Source: a virus (Duplodnaviria; Caudoviricetes). From it: DNA of 64,000 nt. The stretch lies in the IMG/VR virus record IMGVR_UViG_3300010429_001356, positions 2,456 through 66,455 of that record; one strand, 5' to 3'. Each line of letters starts with the position of its first letter. The stretch's first letter is position 1. The position numbers were made by a program, and so were the translations under genes. Positions 1 to 9,664 of this stretch are shown piece by piece. The notes below the pieces were generated by a model. It was not told the DNA's origin, did no database searches, and worked only from the letters and a program-made list of their open reading frames with translations.

Positions 1-99
1 GATGGACCTGGACCCGGTGCCGTCTCACAAGTCGTGCTCCTAGAAACTCTCTCGCGCGAGCGTGCGAATAGTCTCACAGAAAGTGCAGGTGAACGAGCC

Positions 100-789
100 A
101 TGACGAACCCCCAGCCCCCGACCAGCAACCCGTCGTCCCCCGACTTTGCGCCGACTGCCGTCGGCGGGCGGCCACCGGGCTTCGAGCAGTCGACGCCCAT
201 CGCCGGTACCCTCACCCACACGCGCGACGGGAAGCCCAGGGTGCTCCCGCCGGAGTTCCGGGTGCGCAAGGCGCGGCTCGAGGCGCACGAGCTGACCGCG
301 AAGCACGTCGAGATGTACCTCGAGACGCTGCGCACGACCGGCCGCAAGTACGACTCGTGCGCGGCCGCGGGGATGTCCTACACGTGGCTGAAGAAGCTCC
401 GCCAGGATCCTGAGTTCGTCGGCTGGGAGGAGGAGGCGATGGAGGCGTACCGCGACGCCATCTGCAAGGAGGCGCACCGGCGCGCGGTGGACGGGTGGGA
501 CGAGCCGATCATCGGTGGCAAGGACAAGGACGTGGTCGTGACGACCGTGCGTCGCTACTCCGACCGGCTGCTGGAGCTCCTGCTCAAGCGGCACATCCCC
601 GAGTTCCGGGAGAAGTGGGAGGGCGAGGTCAAGGTCACCGGCGGCGTGCTGGTTGCCCCGGCCGCCCCGGCGTCTCCCGAGGAGTGGGCGAAGCGGTGGG
701 GTGGCGAGCGCATCCCGGCTCCGCCCGACAGGGACGTCATCGATGCTCCTCCCACGCAGTCCCGCCCGGCGGAGCTCCCGTCGCAGTAG
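100..789 (+). CDS. terS: Terminase small subunit-like protein
   Basis: HTH-like N-half, then EAHRRAVDGWDEPI..VRRYSDRLLELLLKRHIPEFRE typical of TerS; upstream of terL; ATG at 100. Confidence 0.7.
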   Translation: MTNPQPPTSNPSSPDFAPTAVGGRPPGFEQSTPIAGTLTHTRDGKPRVLPPEFRVRKARLEAHELTAKHVEMYLETLRTTGRKYDSCAAAGMSYTWLKKLRQDPEFVGWEEEAMEAYRDAICKEAHRRAVDGWDEPIIGGKDKDVVVTTVRRYSDRLLELLLKRHIPEFREKWEGEVKVTGGVLVAPAAPASPEEWAKRWGGERIPAPPDRDVIDAPPTQSRPAELPSQ

Positions 790-880
790 ACAGACTTGGC
801 GGGGCTCCCGCCGGTGGACCTCCGGCCCTCGCCTCCGCGTATACTACGAGCAGACGAGAGACTGAACCGGAGGTGCGACC

Positions 881-1219
881 GTGGCAGGCAGCCAGGACTT
901 CACCGTTGTCGAGAACGACACGTGGGACTTCAACGTCGTGTGGCAGGACAGCGGTGGTGCGCCCATCGACCTGACCGGCTACTCGGCGCGGTGCCAGGTG
1001 CGCGCGGCCTTCGACGGGCCACTCCTGCTGGACCTCGCGGGCAGCATCCCGACCCCGGCCAACGGGACGGTGCTGTTCAGCGGCTTCGCGGCGCTCCCGC
1101 AGGGGACCTACGTGTACGACGTCGAGGTCACGCAGGGCTCACCGACGGTGACGTACCGGAAGACGCTGCTGCGGGGCTCGCTCACCATCCAGCCGGAGGT
1201 TGTCCAGAGTGCCGGGTGA
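881..1219 (+). CDS. Virion protein, BppU/baseplate-upper N-terminal-like domain
   Basis: NDTWDFNVVWQDSGGAPIDLTGYSARCQVR..YVYDVEV pattern; RBS GGAGG. Confidence 0.55.
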   Translation: MAGSQDFTVVENDTWDFNVVWQDSGGAPIDLTGYSARCQVRAAFDGPLLLDLAGSIPTPANGTVLFSGFAALPQGTYVYDVEVTQGSPTVTYRKTLLRGSLTIQPEVVQSAG

Positions 1220-2663
1220 TCCGTCCATCGTGGTCGTGAGCGAGGACCGCGTCACCTCGGTGACGGTGCAGCAGCCCGTCGTCCAGGTGGTGCAGGTCGC
1301 CGTGGTCGGCCCCCAGGGTCCGGCCGGACCAGCCGGTGCCACGACGCTGGGCGGCCTCAGCGACGTCACGATCACCGGCCCGCTGACCGGCCAGGCGCTG
1401 GTGTACAACGGGTCGCAGTGGGTCAACCAGGCGGTGTCGGCGGTCGGGTCGCTCGACGACCTGAGCGACGTGACCATCGCGACCCCGTCCTCCGCCCAGG
1501 TGCTGCGGTTCAACGGCTCCGCGTGGGTCAACGGGAGCGTGGCGTACTCTGAGCTGACCGGCATCCCGTCGACCTTCCCGCCCTCGGCGCACACGCACAC
1601 GGCCTCGCAGGTCACCGACTTCTCGTCCGCGGCGGACGCCCGCATCGCGGCCGCCAGCATCGACGCCCTGTCGGATGTCGCGATCTCGTCGCCCGCGGGC
1701 GGTCAGTACCTGAGGTGGGGCGGCTCGCAGTGGGTCAACGCGGCCATCGCCGTGACCGACCTCGAGAACGTCAACGTCCACGTGGAGACCCTCCTCACCT
1801 CCGCGGACGAGGCCGCGGCCCGCGCGGCCATCGGCGCTGCGCAGACCTGCAGCATCCTGAAGGTCCAGGGCGTGCTGGGGACCGATATCTCGGCCCTCTG
1901 GAACAAGCCCGCGGGCGCGAAGACCGTGCACGTCATCGCGATCGGTGGTGGTGGCGGTGGTGGCGGTGGCCGCCGCGGAGCTGCCGCCACGCTGCGCGGA
2001 GGCGGTGGTGGCGGTGGTGGCGGTGGCTACGCCGAGTGCGTCTTCGACGCCGCCGACGTCCCCGCGAGCGTGACCGTGACCGCTGGGCAGGGCGGCTCCG
2101 GAGGGACCAACGCCGGGGCCGACAACACGAACGGCGGGTCAGGTGCCTCGGGAGGCGCGAGCTCGTTCGGCGCGCTGCTGCGGGCCGGTCCCGGCAAGGC
2201 CGGGACCGGCGGCTCGACGAGCGCCGGTGGTGGCGGGAACGGCGGCCAGGGCATGATCGCGGGCGGAGCTGGCGGCAAGGGCGGGACGTCCCCGGCCGCG
2301 GGCGGCGCTGGCTCCAGGTCCGCCCCAGGTGGAGGTGGCGGCGCTGGCATCAGCGCGGGCAACGCGCGCGACGCCCTGTCGGGTGCTGGTGGCGCGCAGA
2401 ACATGAACGCGGCGACCGCGCGGCCCGGCGTCAACTCCGGCGACGGCGGGAACGGGGACTCGCTGACTGGCAGCGTGGGCGGGACGGGCGGCGCTGGCGG
2501 CGGCTCCGGCGACACGGCCGGAACGACTGCTGGCGGCGCGGGCGGCAACGGCGGCACCCCAGGCGCTGGCGGAGGTGGCGGCGGCGCGAGCACGAACGGC
2601 GCAGCCTCCGGCAAGGGCGGGAACGGTGCGCCGGGCATCGTGTACGTCATCACTTACTTCTGA
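1200..2663 (+). CDS. Glycine-rich tail fibre/receptor-binding-like protein (start may be 1209)
   Basis: Three ~33-aa LSDV-x-I...WVN repeats, then a Gly-rich C-terminal domain (GGGGGGGG...GAPGIVYVITY). Confidence 0.65.
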   Translation: MSRVPGDPSIVVVSEDRVTSVTVQQPVVQVVQVAVVGPQGPAGPAGATTLGGLSDVTITGPLTGQALVYNGSQWVNQAVSAVGSLDDLSDVTIATPSSAQVLRFNGSAWVNGSVAYSELTGIPSTFPPSAHTHTASQVTDFSSAADARIAAASIDALSDVAISSPAGGQYLRWGGSQWVNAAIAVTDLENVNVHVETLLTSADEAAARAAIGAAQTCSILKVQGVLGTDISALWNKPAGAKTVHVIAIGGGGGGGGGRRGAAATLRGGGGGGGGGGYAECVFDAADVPASVTVTAGQGGSGGTNAGADNTNGGSGASGGASSFGALLRAGPGKAGTGGSTSAGGGGNGGQGMIAGGAGGKGGTSPAAGGAGSRSAPGGGGGAGISAGNARDALSGAGGAQNMNAATARPGVNSGDGGNGDSLTGSVGGTGGAGGGSGDTAGTTAGGAGGNGGTPGAGGGGGGASTNGAASGKGGNGAPGIVYVITYF

Positions 2664-2681
2664 TGTCGAGACTCGGGCGAG

Positions 2682-2709
2682 TTGTCCGGGATCCCGGCTG
2701 GGGCATAAT
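2682..2709 (+). promoter_or_regulatory. sigma70-like promoter TTGTCC-N16-CATAAT
   Basis: Intergenic, 8 nt before ATG 2718. Confidence 0.55.
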
Positions 2710-2717
2710 AGACCATC

Positions 2718-4073
2718 ATGATCCACACCAAGCCAGGACGATCCTTCCAAGCGTCTCAGCTCGAGGAACTGCACGTGCTCCGGGTGTCGGTCGGCTACCC
2801 GAGCCACCCGGAGCACATCGCGAAGGGCGCGGAGCCCATCTCGTGGTGCGAGTTCCCCATCCGCGAGGTGGCCAGGGTGTCGTTCGACGAGGACGCGGGG
2901 CTGGCCCGCGAGAGCTGCCCCTACGGGGTGGTGACGCGGAAGGACGGTTACTCCCCGCAGTTCTTCCAGGGCATCCTGCGGTTCCACTCCGACCGGGGCG
3001 TCGAGGTGCCCGTGACCTTCGGAGACCCGCCGGTCAACGTGGGGGCCGCGGTGCAGAGGGCGTCCGAGATCGCCGCGGGGGTGGTGCTGCCCGCCGGGGT
3101 GCTGCCCCGCCAGACGCTCGAGAAGGTCGGGGCCACGCACGTCGACCTGACGCCGCGCGGGCAGGACGGGGAGCTGAAGACAACTAGGTCGATCGAGGTC
3201 TCGAAGGTGAGCGAGGCCCTGCCCGGCGAGCACGGCTACGTCGTGCTCCGCGACTCGACCGCGCAGCTGCACGGCGACGTCCGGGTCAAGGTTCCCAGCA
3301 TGGCCGCCCGCCTCGCCGACGCGGCCGCGGAGATCGGCGGAGCGAGGAAGCCTCGCGGGGACGAGGTCGCGTACCACCAGGGGGAGAACAAGGCGCTGCG
3401 CCACGTCGGCCAGCTCCTGGGCATGGTGGGGCCGTGCACCTACGCGGCCGTCACCAAGAAGATCAACGCCCTCCGCCGACAAGTCCGCGAGCTCGAGAGC
3501 AGGGTGCTGCCCGGGGAGCACGTCTTGTCCGACCTCGTGCGGGAGATCATCGAGCCCCTCCTCCCGGGGCAGGTGCTGAAGCGCGGTCTCACGCAGGCCG
3601 AGTACGCGAAGTGGCTCGAGGAGCTGCTGCGGGACAAGGTCGTCGTGGTGACGAGGCACAGCGTGGGGGCGATCTCCGAGACGACCGCGCAGATCTACGA
3701 CCCAGCGAGCCCGCCACCGCCGACGATCGGCTTCCGCTGCGACGGGACCGCCCGCACGAGCGACATCGAGTCGGTGCCGGGTGGGTTCGCGGCCCAGGTG
3801 ACGCAGACTGTCAGGAACCGCGGCTCAGACTACGGCCACCCGTCGACGAACCACCAGCTCACGGCCGACATGTGGAACGCCTACCTGTCCCGCCGCCTCG
3901 GCAAGGAAGTCCGGATGTCGGCGGAGGACGTCTGCATGCTGAACGTGCTGCAGAAGGCCAGCCGCCTCGCCGACGGGACCAAGGACGACTCCTGGCTGGA
4001 CATCGCGGGGTACACCGAGAACGTCGGCATGCTCCGCCGAGACCAGCGGAACGTGCGCACCCCGAAGGGGTAA
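2718..4073 (+). CDS. Hypothetical protein with C-terminal DUF6378-like domain
   Basis: RGSDYGHPSTNHQLTADMWNAYL..DVCMLNVLQKASRL..DSWLDIAGY; N-terminal ~350 aa unrecognised. Confidence 0.6.
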   Translation: MIHTKPGRSFQASQLEELHVLRVSVGYPSHPEHIAKGAEPISWCEFPIREVARVSFDEDAGLARESCPYGVVTRKDGYSPQFFQGILRFHSDRGVEVPVTFGDPPVNVGAAVQRASEIAAGVVLPAGVLPRQTLEKVGATHVDLTPRGQDGELKTTRSIEVSKVSEALPGEHGYVVLRDSTAQLHGDVRVKVPSMAARLADAAAEIGGARKPRGDEVAYHQGENKALRHVGQLLGMVGPCTYAAVTKKINALRRQVRELESRVLPGEHVLSDLVREIIEPLLPGQVLKRGLTQAEYAKWLEELLRDKVVVVTRHSVGAISETTAQIYDPASPPPPTIGFRCDGTARTSDIESVPGGFAAQVTQTVRNRGSDYGHPSTNHQLTADMWNAYLSRRLGKEVRMSAEDVCMLNVLQKASRLADGTKDDSWLDIAGYTENVGMLRRDQRNVRTPKG

Positions 4074-4101
4074 CATTCCTCGAACCAGCAAGGAGAACCA
4101 A

Positions 4102-4371
4102 GTGATCTACGTCGTCATCGCCCTGCTCCTGTGCCTCTGCGTCTCTGTCTTCCTCCACCTGCGGCCGCAGCCGACCACGGCCTACGTGGTTGTCCGGCCC
4201 GACCAGGGCAAGAACCCGCGGTGGAACTGGTACCTGTGCCGACCGGACGGCTCCACGATGGCGATGGGCTCCGGCTCGCACGCCGAGAAGTGGCAGGCCG
4301 AGGCCGCGGCGCAGGCCGCGATCGGGAAGATGCGGTCGGTCCAGCTCGTCGAGTACATCACCGGCAGCTGA
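4102..4371 (+). CDS. Small membrane-anchored protein, DUF1508/YegP-like
   Basis: N-terminal TM helix, then RWNWYLCRPDGSTMAMGSG..KWQAE; RBS AGGAG. Confidence 0.45.
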   Translation: MIYVVIALLLCLCVSVFLHLRPQPTTAYVVVRPDQGKNPRWNWYLCRPDGSTMAMGSGSHAEKWQAEAAAQAAIGKMRSVQLVEYITGS

Positions 4372-4374
4372 GCC

Positions 4375-4402
4375 TTGCTCGCTCGCAGAGGTGCGGCACA
4401 CT
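4375..4402 (+). promoter_or_regulatory. Promoter TTGCTC-N16-CACACT
   Basis: Intergenic, followed by GGAGGAG RBS and ATG 4421. Confidence 0.4.
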
Positions 4403-4420
4403 TACCCCGGAGGAGACTCG

Positions 4421-4726
4421 ATGGCTCGCCCCAACGTCAGAGTGAGGCTCGTGCAGGACACCGAGACCAAGAAGGTTGAGGTGGAGGTCGGCGTCCGGTC
4501 GAAGAAGAAGCCCGGCCTCTGGGCGACCCTGAAGGTCGACGCCGATGCCTCCGACCTCGACGACCTCGTGCAGCGGACGGCTCACGCCTGCGCCGTGCAC
4601 CTGATCGTGAACTACCAGGACGCCTGTGATCCCGACGAGTGCGGTCGGGTAGCCCGCGAGGCCCTGCGCGAGATCAAGATCCAGGCGGGCGTTGCTCACC
4701 GCAAGATCATCAGCATCGGAGGCTGA
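4421..4726 (+). CDS. Hypothetical protein
   Basis: Strong RBS, typical codon use. Confidence 0.6.
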   Translation: MARPNVRVRLVQDTETKKVEVEVGVRSKKKPGLWATLKVDADASDLDDLVQRTAHACAVHLIVNYQDACDPDECGRVAREALREIKIQAGVAHRKIISIGG

Positions 4727-4727
4727 G

Positions 4728-5156
4728 TTGCCCAAAGACGATGACACGGTCGATGTCCGCAACCGGCTCGAGGTGATCCGCAAGGTTGCCGAGAGCGAGG
4801 GTGCGGTCCTCGTGGAGCACTTCGTGTGCTGCCGCTGCGGTCACGCGCAGCAGAGCATTCACCTGTGGCTGGAGTCCCTGCGGTGCTGCCGCTGCGGGCA
4901 GATGAACGCCTCCAGGATCCCGCGGAAGCCCCAGAAGGGCGAGGTGACGGCCGAGCACCTGATCCAGGCGCTGCGAACCTACACGCGAGCGTACACGCTC
5001 CTGCTCGACGGTCGCGACGTGACGGACCTGGGGCTGGAGTGCGAGCGTACAATCTCTCGTGAAGACGCGAGCGCCGTCAAGTTCGCCCTCAAGACGATCG
5101 AGCGGGTGGCTGGCCTCGCTGATAAGCTGGCTGGTCAGGAGGACTCCATTGGCTGA
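4728..5156 (+). CDS. Hypothetical zinc-ribbon protein
   Basis: CCRCGH...CCRCGQ pairs; TTG start after GGAGG. Confidence 0.5.
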   Translation: MPKDDDTVDVRNRLEVIRKVAESEGAVLVEHFVCCRCGHAQQSIHLWLESLRCCRCGQMNASRIPRKPQKGEVTAEHLIQALRTYTRAYTLLLDGRDVTDLGLECERTISREDASAVKFALKTIERVAGLADKLAGQEDSIG

Positions 5157-5400
5157 AGACCCGCGGTGCCCATTCTCACCCGGAACCATCCTCGAGTGCG
5201 CCGGTCGCACCCGGCTCCGAGTCAAGAGGGCTCCTACGAAGGAGGAGCTCGAGACCATGTTCGGGCCGGACATCGCGTTCCTGTGGGACGTGTATGCCCT
5301 CTGCGACCCGAAGGAGCTCACCGACGAGGCGAAGGATCTGCACATCCTCGCCCGCGCGATCTTCGAGGAGGTGCTGGATGGCCCAGGGAACGCGAGCTGA
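5149..5400 (+). CDS. Hypothetical protein
   Basis: RBS AGGAGG, overlaps the previous stop. Confidence 0.5.
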   Translation: MAEDPRCPFSPGTILECAGRTRLRVKRAPTKEELETMFGPDIAFLWDVYALCDPKELTDEAKDLHILARAIFEEVLDGPGNAS

Positions 5401-5893
5401 GCAGCCTCAGTACGGAGACGACCCCTGGACCCAGCTCAAGCAGGCTGTGGCGAACGGCGGCCCGCACGCCTGCGAGTTCAACAAGTGCCCGCGGTGCGGC
5501 TCGATCGAGTTCGACGTGCATCCGTTCGCGGAGTCGCTGAGCTGCTCCAAGTGCGGCGGCCGCTACCCGTCGACGACCCGGCGATCGTGCGCGTTCCACG
5601 ACGCGGTCATCCAGAAGATGCAGGAGACGGTCCAGCAGGTGCGCGACTGGTACCCTCCGGATGTCTTCGGCGGGGCGGAGGAGCCCGACGCGGACGACCT
5701 CAGCAAGCTCGACCCGAAGATCCGAGCTCTGATCCAGAGGAAGTGCGTCAGGATGGCCCGTGTTGTCTGCGGGAATATACTTGCCGAGTTCGAGCGACTC
5801 CTGGAGTACGAGCTCGACGTGCCCGCTGATCCCCCGGAGAGCGGCGACAGCGACGAAGAGGAACCTGATGGAAGTCAGCCAGGTAGCAGTTGA
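5378..5893 (+). CDS. Hypothetical zinc-ribbon protein
   Basis: CPRCGS...CSKCGG; RBS GAGGAGG. Confidence 0.55.
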   Translation: MAQGTRAEQPQYGDDPWTQLKQAVANGGPHACEFNKCPRCGSIEFDVHPFAESLSCSKCGGRYPSTTRRSCAFHDAVIQKMQETVQQVRDWYPPDVFGGAEEPDADDLSKLDPKIRALIQRKCVRMARVVCGNILAEFERLLEYELDVPADPPESGDSDEEEPDGSQPGSS

Positions 5894-7367
5894 GTGGCGG
5901 GACGTCGAGGGCGAGCTTCGCCCGTTCGTCGGTGACCGCGACGTCACCTGGGCACCGCAGGCCGGTTCCCAGGAGGCGTTCCTCGCGTGCACCCTGTTCG
6001 AGGCGCTGTACGAGGGCACTCGCGGCCCCGGCAAGACCGACGCCCTGCTGATGGACTTCGCCCAGCACTGCGGCCACGGCTACGGCGCAGAGTGGCGAGG
6101 TGTGCTGTTCCGGCAGAGCTACCCTCAGCTCGCCGACGTCGTCAACAAGTCGAAGAAGTGGTTCCCGAGGATCTGGCCCGCGGCACAGTTCAACGAGGCG
6201 CAGATGCGGTGGCGGTGGCCTGGGGGCGAGGAGCTCATGTTCCGCCACATGAGCAGCCCCGACGACTACTACAACTACCACGGCCACGCCTACCCCTGGA
6301 TCGGCTGGGAGGAGCTGACCACCTGGCCCGACGACAAGTGCTACAAGGTCATGATGTCGTGCTCCCGCTCGACGCGGCCGGGCATGCCACGCAAGTATCG
6401 GAGCACGACGAACCCCTACGGCGTCGGTCACAACTGGGTCAAGGCCCGGTTCGGCCTCCCGGTCCCGCCGCGGCACGTCATCGGCAGGATCGTGCGGGAG
6501 ATCGGCCCGGATGGGAAGCCGCTGCCCGAGCGTGTGGCCATCCACGGCGACCTCCGCGAGAACAAGATCCTCCTGCACTCCGACCCCGGCTACATCGACA
6601 AGATCAAGGCCGCGGCCCGCAACCCCAGCGAGCTCGCCGCGTGGCTGCATGGCTCGTGGGACATCGTGGCGGGCGGCATGTTCGACGACGTCTGGCGTCC
6701 ATCGACGCACATCGTGCCGAACCTCACTGTCCACCAGATCCCGCGGGGCTGGCGCATCGACAGGGCCTACGACCACGGCCAGTCTCGCCCGTTCAGCGTG
6801 GGCTGGTACGCGGAGAGCAACGGCGAGCCGATCCGGATCGGTCCCCACATCATCGGTCGCGTCCCGGGCGACGTCGTCCGCATCTACGAGTGGTACGGCT
6901 GGTTCGGCTCCCCGAACGAGGGCATGCGGCTCCCGGCCTCGGAGATTGCCCGCGGCATCCTGGACCGCGAGCAGGACTGGGGTCTGCGGCTCCGGTGCAA
7001 GTACGGGGTGGCCGACTCGGCCATCTTCGACGACTACGAGCCCGGCCGCTCCGTGGCGGGCGACATGAAGAGGGTCGGCGTGCTCTGGACGCCGTCGGAC
7101 AAGGGTGCCGGTTCACGCGCTCAGGGGTGGCAGCAGATCCGCGAGTACCTGAAGGCCGCCATCCCGGGCATCGAGGGCGTCCGCGAGAAGCCCGGTCTCT
7201 TCGTCTGCGAGCGGTGCGACCAGTTCCTGCGGACGTTCCCAGTTCTTCCTCGTGACGAGCGGAACCTCGACGACGTCGACACGACTGCTGAGGATCACAT
7301 CGGCGACGAGGTTCGCTACCGGCTCCGCGGCCGCCGCATGGAGGTCAAGACGGGCCGCTGGAAGTAA
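5868..7367 (+). CDS. terL: Terminase large subunit
   Basis: WAPQAGSQ adenine-binding motif, Walker A EGTRGPGKT, Walker B WIGWEE, coupling TTNP, nuclease ...EDHIGDEVRY. Confidence 0.93.
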   Translation: MEVSQVAVEWRDVEGELRPFVGDRDVTWAPQAGSQEAFLACTLFEALYEGTRGPGKTDALLMDFAQHCGHGYGAEWRGVLFRQSYPQLADVVNKSKKWFPRIWPAAQFNEAQMRWRWPGGEELMFRHMSSPDDYYNYHGHAYPWIGWEELTTWPDDKCYKVMMSCSRSTRPGMPRKYRSTTNPYGVGHNWVKARFGLPVPPRHVIGRIVREIGPDGKPLPERVAIHGDLRENKILLHSDPGYIDKIKAAARNPSELAAWLHGSWDIVAGGMFDDVWRPSTHIVPNLTVHQIPRGWRIDRAYDHGQSRPFSVGWYAESNGEPIRIGPHIIGRVPGDVVRIYEWYGWFGSPNEGMRLPASEIARGILDREQDWGLRLRCKYGVADSAIFDDYEPGRSVAGDMKRVGVLWTPSDKGAGSRAQGWQQIREYLKAAIPGIEGVREKPGLFVCERCDQFLRTFPVLPRDERNLDDVDTTAEDHIGDEVRYRLRGRRMEVKTGRWK

Positions 7368-7425
7368 ACTTCGTGATTTAGGGAGTCGGTCGAGCCCGGG
7401 ATCGTCAACGAGCGAACAATCATTC

Positions 7426-7803
7426 ATGCTAACGGAGCACCAGGAGTACTGCCGCCGGTACGCCCGCGATCCCATGACGAGGATCCGGATCCTGGCTAAC
7501 AAAGCGAGGCGAAGGGCTGTTCGGCTCGGAGTCCAGTTCGATCCCGACCTCAGCGATCTGCTGCCTCCACCAACCGTATGTCCTGTGCTGGGGATAGAGC
7601 TCGACTACAAGAGCAATCCCGGGTCTGGTCCGCGCCGTGCTTCTCCGAGCATCGATCGGATCGACCCGAGGGGTGGCTACATCAAGGGCAACCGAATGAT
7701 CGTGAGTTGGCAGGCTAACCGCATCAAGACAGACGCTTCTCCGGAGGAGATCAGAGCGGTGGCGGATTTCTTCTCGAAGCTGAAGGAGAAGGCCCGTGGC
7801 TAA
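7426..7803 (+). CDS. Free-standing HNH-like endonuclease
   Basis: CPVLG..SPSIDRIDPRGGYIKGNRMIVSWQANRIK; visibly more AT-rich than flanks. Confidence 0.8.
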   Translation: MLTEHQEYCRRYARDPMTRIRILANKARRRAVRLGVQFDPDLSDLLPPPTVCPVLGIELDYKSNPGSGPRRASPSIDRIDPRGGYIKGNRMIVSWQANRIKTDASPEEIRAVADFFSKLKEKARG

Positions 7804-9238
7804 GAAGGAAGCCCCGACTCCGGCAACCCCCTCAATGGCGTATGAGGCAATGTGCCCCATGTGGCGCAAGGTGGAGACGCTGCTCGCCGGGACCGACGCG
7901 ATGCGAGCTGCGGGCGAGGAGTACCTCCCCCGGCACGAGGAGGAGGGTCAGCAGGCGTACATGGAGCGCCTCTCCCGCGCTACCCTGCTGAACATGACCC
8001 AGCTCACGCTCGACTCCTGGGTCGGGAAGCCGTTCGGGGATCCTGTCAAGGTCGGCGACGACGTGCCCGAGCAGATCAAGGAGCTGCTCGACAACGTCGA
8101 CATGCAGGGCAACGACATCACGGTGTTCTCCCGCGCGTGGTTCCGGGACGGTCTCGCCAAGGCGTTCAGCCACGTGCTGGTCGAGTTCCCGCGGGCTCAG
8201 CCCAGGGAGGACGGTCGGCCCCGCACCCTCGAGGACGACCGGCGGGACAACCTACGCCCCTACCTCGTGCACATCAAGCCGGAGAACCTGATCTTCGCCA
8301 GCGCCGAGGTCGTGAACGGCGTCGAGGTCGTCACGCACGTGCGCATCCGCGAGGAGCACGTGGTGCGGGACGGCTGGGGCGAGAAGGTCGTCGTGCACAT
8401 CCGGGTCATCGAGCCGGGTCTCGTCACCATCTTCGAGGAGCGGATCGACCCCAAGACGAAGAAGCCGGTGTACGTCCAGATCGACCAGTACCCGTACTCG
8501 CTCAACTTCGTGCCGCTGGTGACGTTCTACGCCGACCGTCAGTCGTTCATGATCGGCAAGCCGCCGCTCAACGACCTGGCCGACCTCAACATCGCACACT
8601 GGCAGTCGAGCTCCGACCAGACCTCGGTTCTGACGGTCGCGAGGTTCCCGATCCTCGCCGTGTCGGGCACGGTTGACGGCGACAAGCTCACCGTCGGACC
8701 GAACCAGTGGCTCAACACCCCGGACGCCGCGGGCCGGTTCTACTACGTCGAGCACACCGGAAAGGCAATCGCGGCCGGACGCCAGGATCTCCTCGACAAG
8801 GAGGAGACCATGGCCGAGTACGGCGCGGTCTTCCTGAAGCGGCGTCCCGGCGGGGCCTCGGCCACCGCGCGGGCGCTCGACAGCGCCGAGACGACCAGCC
8901 CGCTGCAGGACATGGCCATCCGGTTCCAGTCCTCGCTCCAGCAGGTGCTGGTGTTCATCGGTGCCTGGATGGGCATGACCGCCGATCAGGTCGGCACGAT
9001 GACCATCTCGACCGACTTCGGGATCACCGATCAGGACGGCAAGCAGCTCGACGCCCTGAAGGAAGCCCGGAAGAACCGCGACATCTCCCGCGCCCGCTAC
9101 CTCAAGGAGCTGCACCGCTTCGGCGTCCTGTCCGACGACTTCAACTTCGAGCAGAACGAGGAGGAGCTGGAGGAAGAGTCCGTCGAGATGCCGAACGGCG
9201 AGGCAGAGGAGGATCTCGATCCCGCAGCGTCTGAGTAG
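7796..9238 (+). CDS. Portal protein (DUF4055-like)
   Basis: Position after terL; YLPRHEEE..YMERLSRA, KPPLNDLADLNIAHWQSSSD; acidic tail. Confidence 0.88.
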   Translation: MAKKEAPTPATPSMAYEAMCPMWRKVETLLAGTDAMRAAGEEYLPRHEEEGQQAYMERLSRATLLNMTQLTLDSWVGKPFGDPVKVGDDVPEQIKELLDNVDMQGNDITVFSRAWFRDGLAKAFSHVLVEFPRAQPREDGRPRTLEDDRRDNLRPYLVHIKPENLIFASAEVVNGVEVVTHVRIREEHVVRDGWGEKVVVHIRVIEPGLVTIFEERIDPKTKKPVYVQIDQYPYSLNFVPLVTFYADRQSFMIGKPPLNDLADLNIAHWQSSSDQTSVLTVARFPILAVSGTVDGDKLTVGPNQWLNTPDAAGRFYYVEHTGKAIAAGRQDLLDKEETMAEYGAVFLKRRPGGASATARALDSAETTSPLQDMAIRFQSSLQQVLVFIGAWMGMTADQVGTMTISTDFGITDQDGKQLDALKEARKNRDISRARYLKELHRFGVLSDDFNFEQNEEELEEESVEMPNGEAEEDLDPAASE

Positions 9239-9252
9239 CGAGGAGGTTCCGC

Positions 9253-9660
9253 ATGCGAGCCGAGAAGGCGCGGGACTGGAGGGTCGCAGACCGCTCATGG
9301 TTCCGCAAGCTGGACGAGCAGTGCTTCCCGATCGACGACCCGTTCATGAACGGGCCGCGGTACCACTGGTGGATCCTCCGGGACGGCCGCGGCAAGAAGG
9401 TCGGCTACGCGGGTCTCGTCGTCACCGGGGACACCGCTCAGTTCACGAGGTGCGGCATCCTCCCCGAGCACCGCGGTCGGAATCTCCAGAGAGTGCTCCT
9501 GAAGTCTCGCCTCCGCTGGTGCCGGAGGCAGCGGCTCCGTGTCGTGACGACGTATACGATGCCGGACAACGTGCCGAGCCAGCGGAACCTGGAGCTCGAA
9601 GGATTCTCGAGCCGCAGGTCGCCTGATCGGAAGTACATCCTCCACCGACTGGAGCTCTAG
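9253..9660 (+). CDS. GNAT-family acetyltransferase
   Basis: Acetyl-CoA motif A ILPEHRGRNL, motif B DNVPSQRNLELEGF; RBS GAGGAGG. Confidence 0.8.
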   Translation: MRAEKARDWRVADRSWFRKLDEQCFPIDDPFMNGPRYHWWILRDGRGKKVGYAGLVVTGDTAQFTRCGILPEHRGRNLQRVLLKSRLRWCRRQRLRVVTTYTMPDNVPSQRNLELEGFSSRRSPDRKYILHRLEL

Positions 9661-9664
9661 GCAA

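Noticed and set aside
1944-2027. GGTGGTGGC tandem repeats
   Set aside because: Explained by poly-Gly coding; not spacer-separated, so not CRISPR
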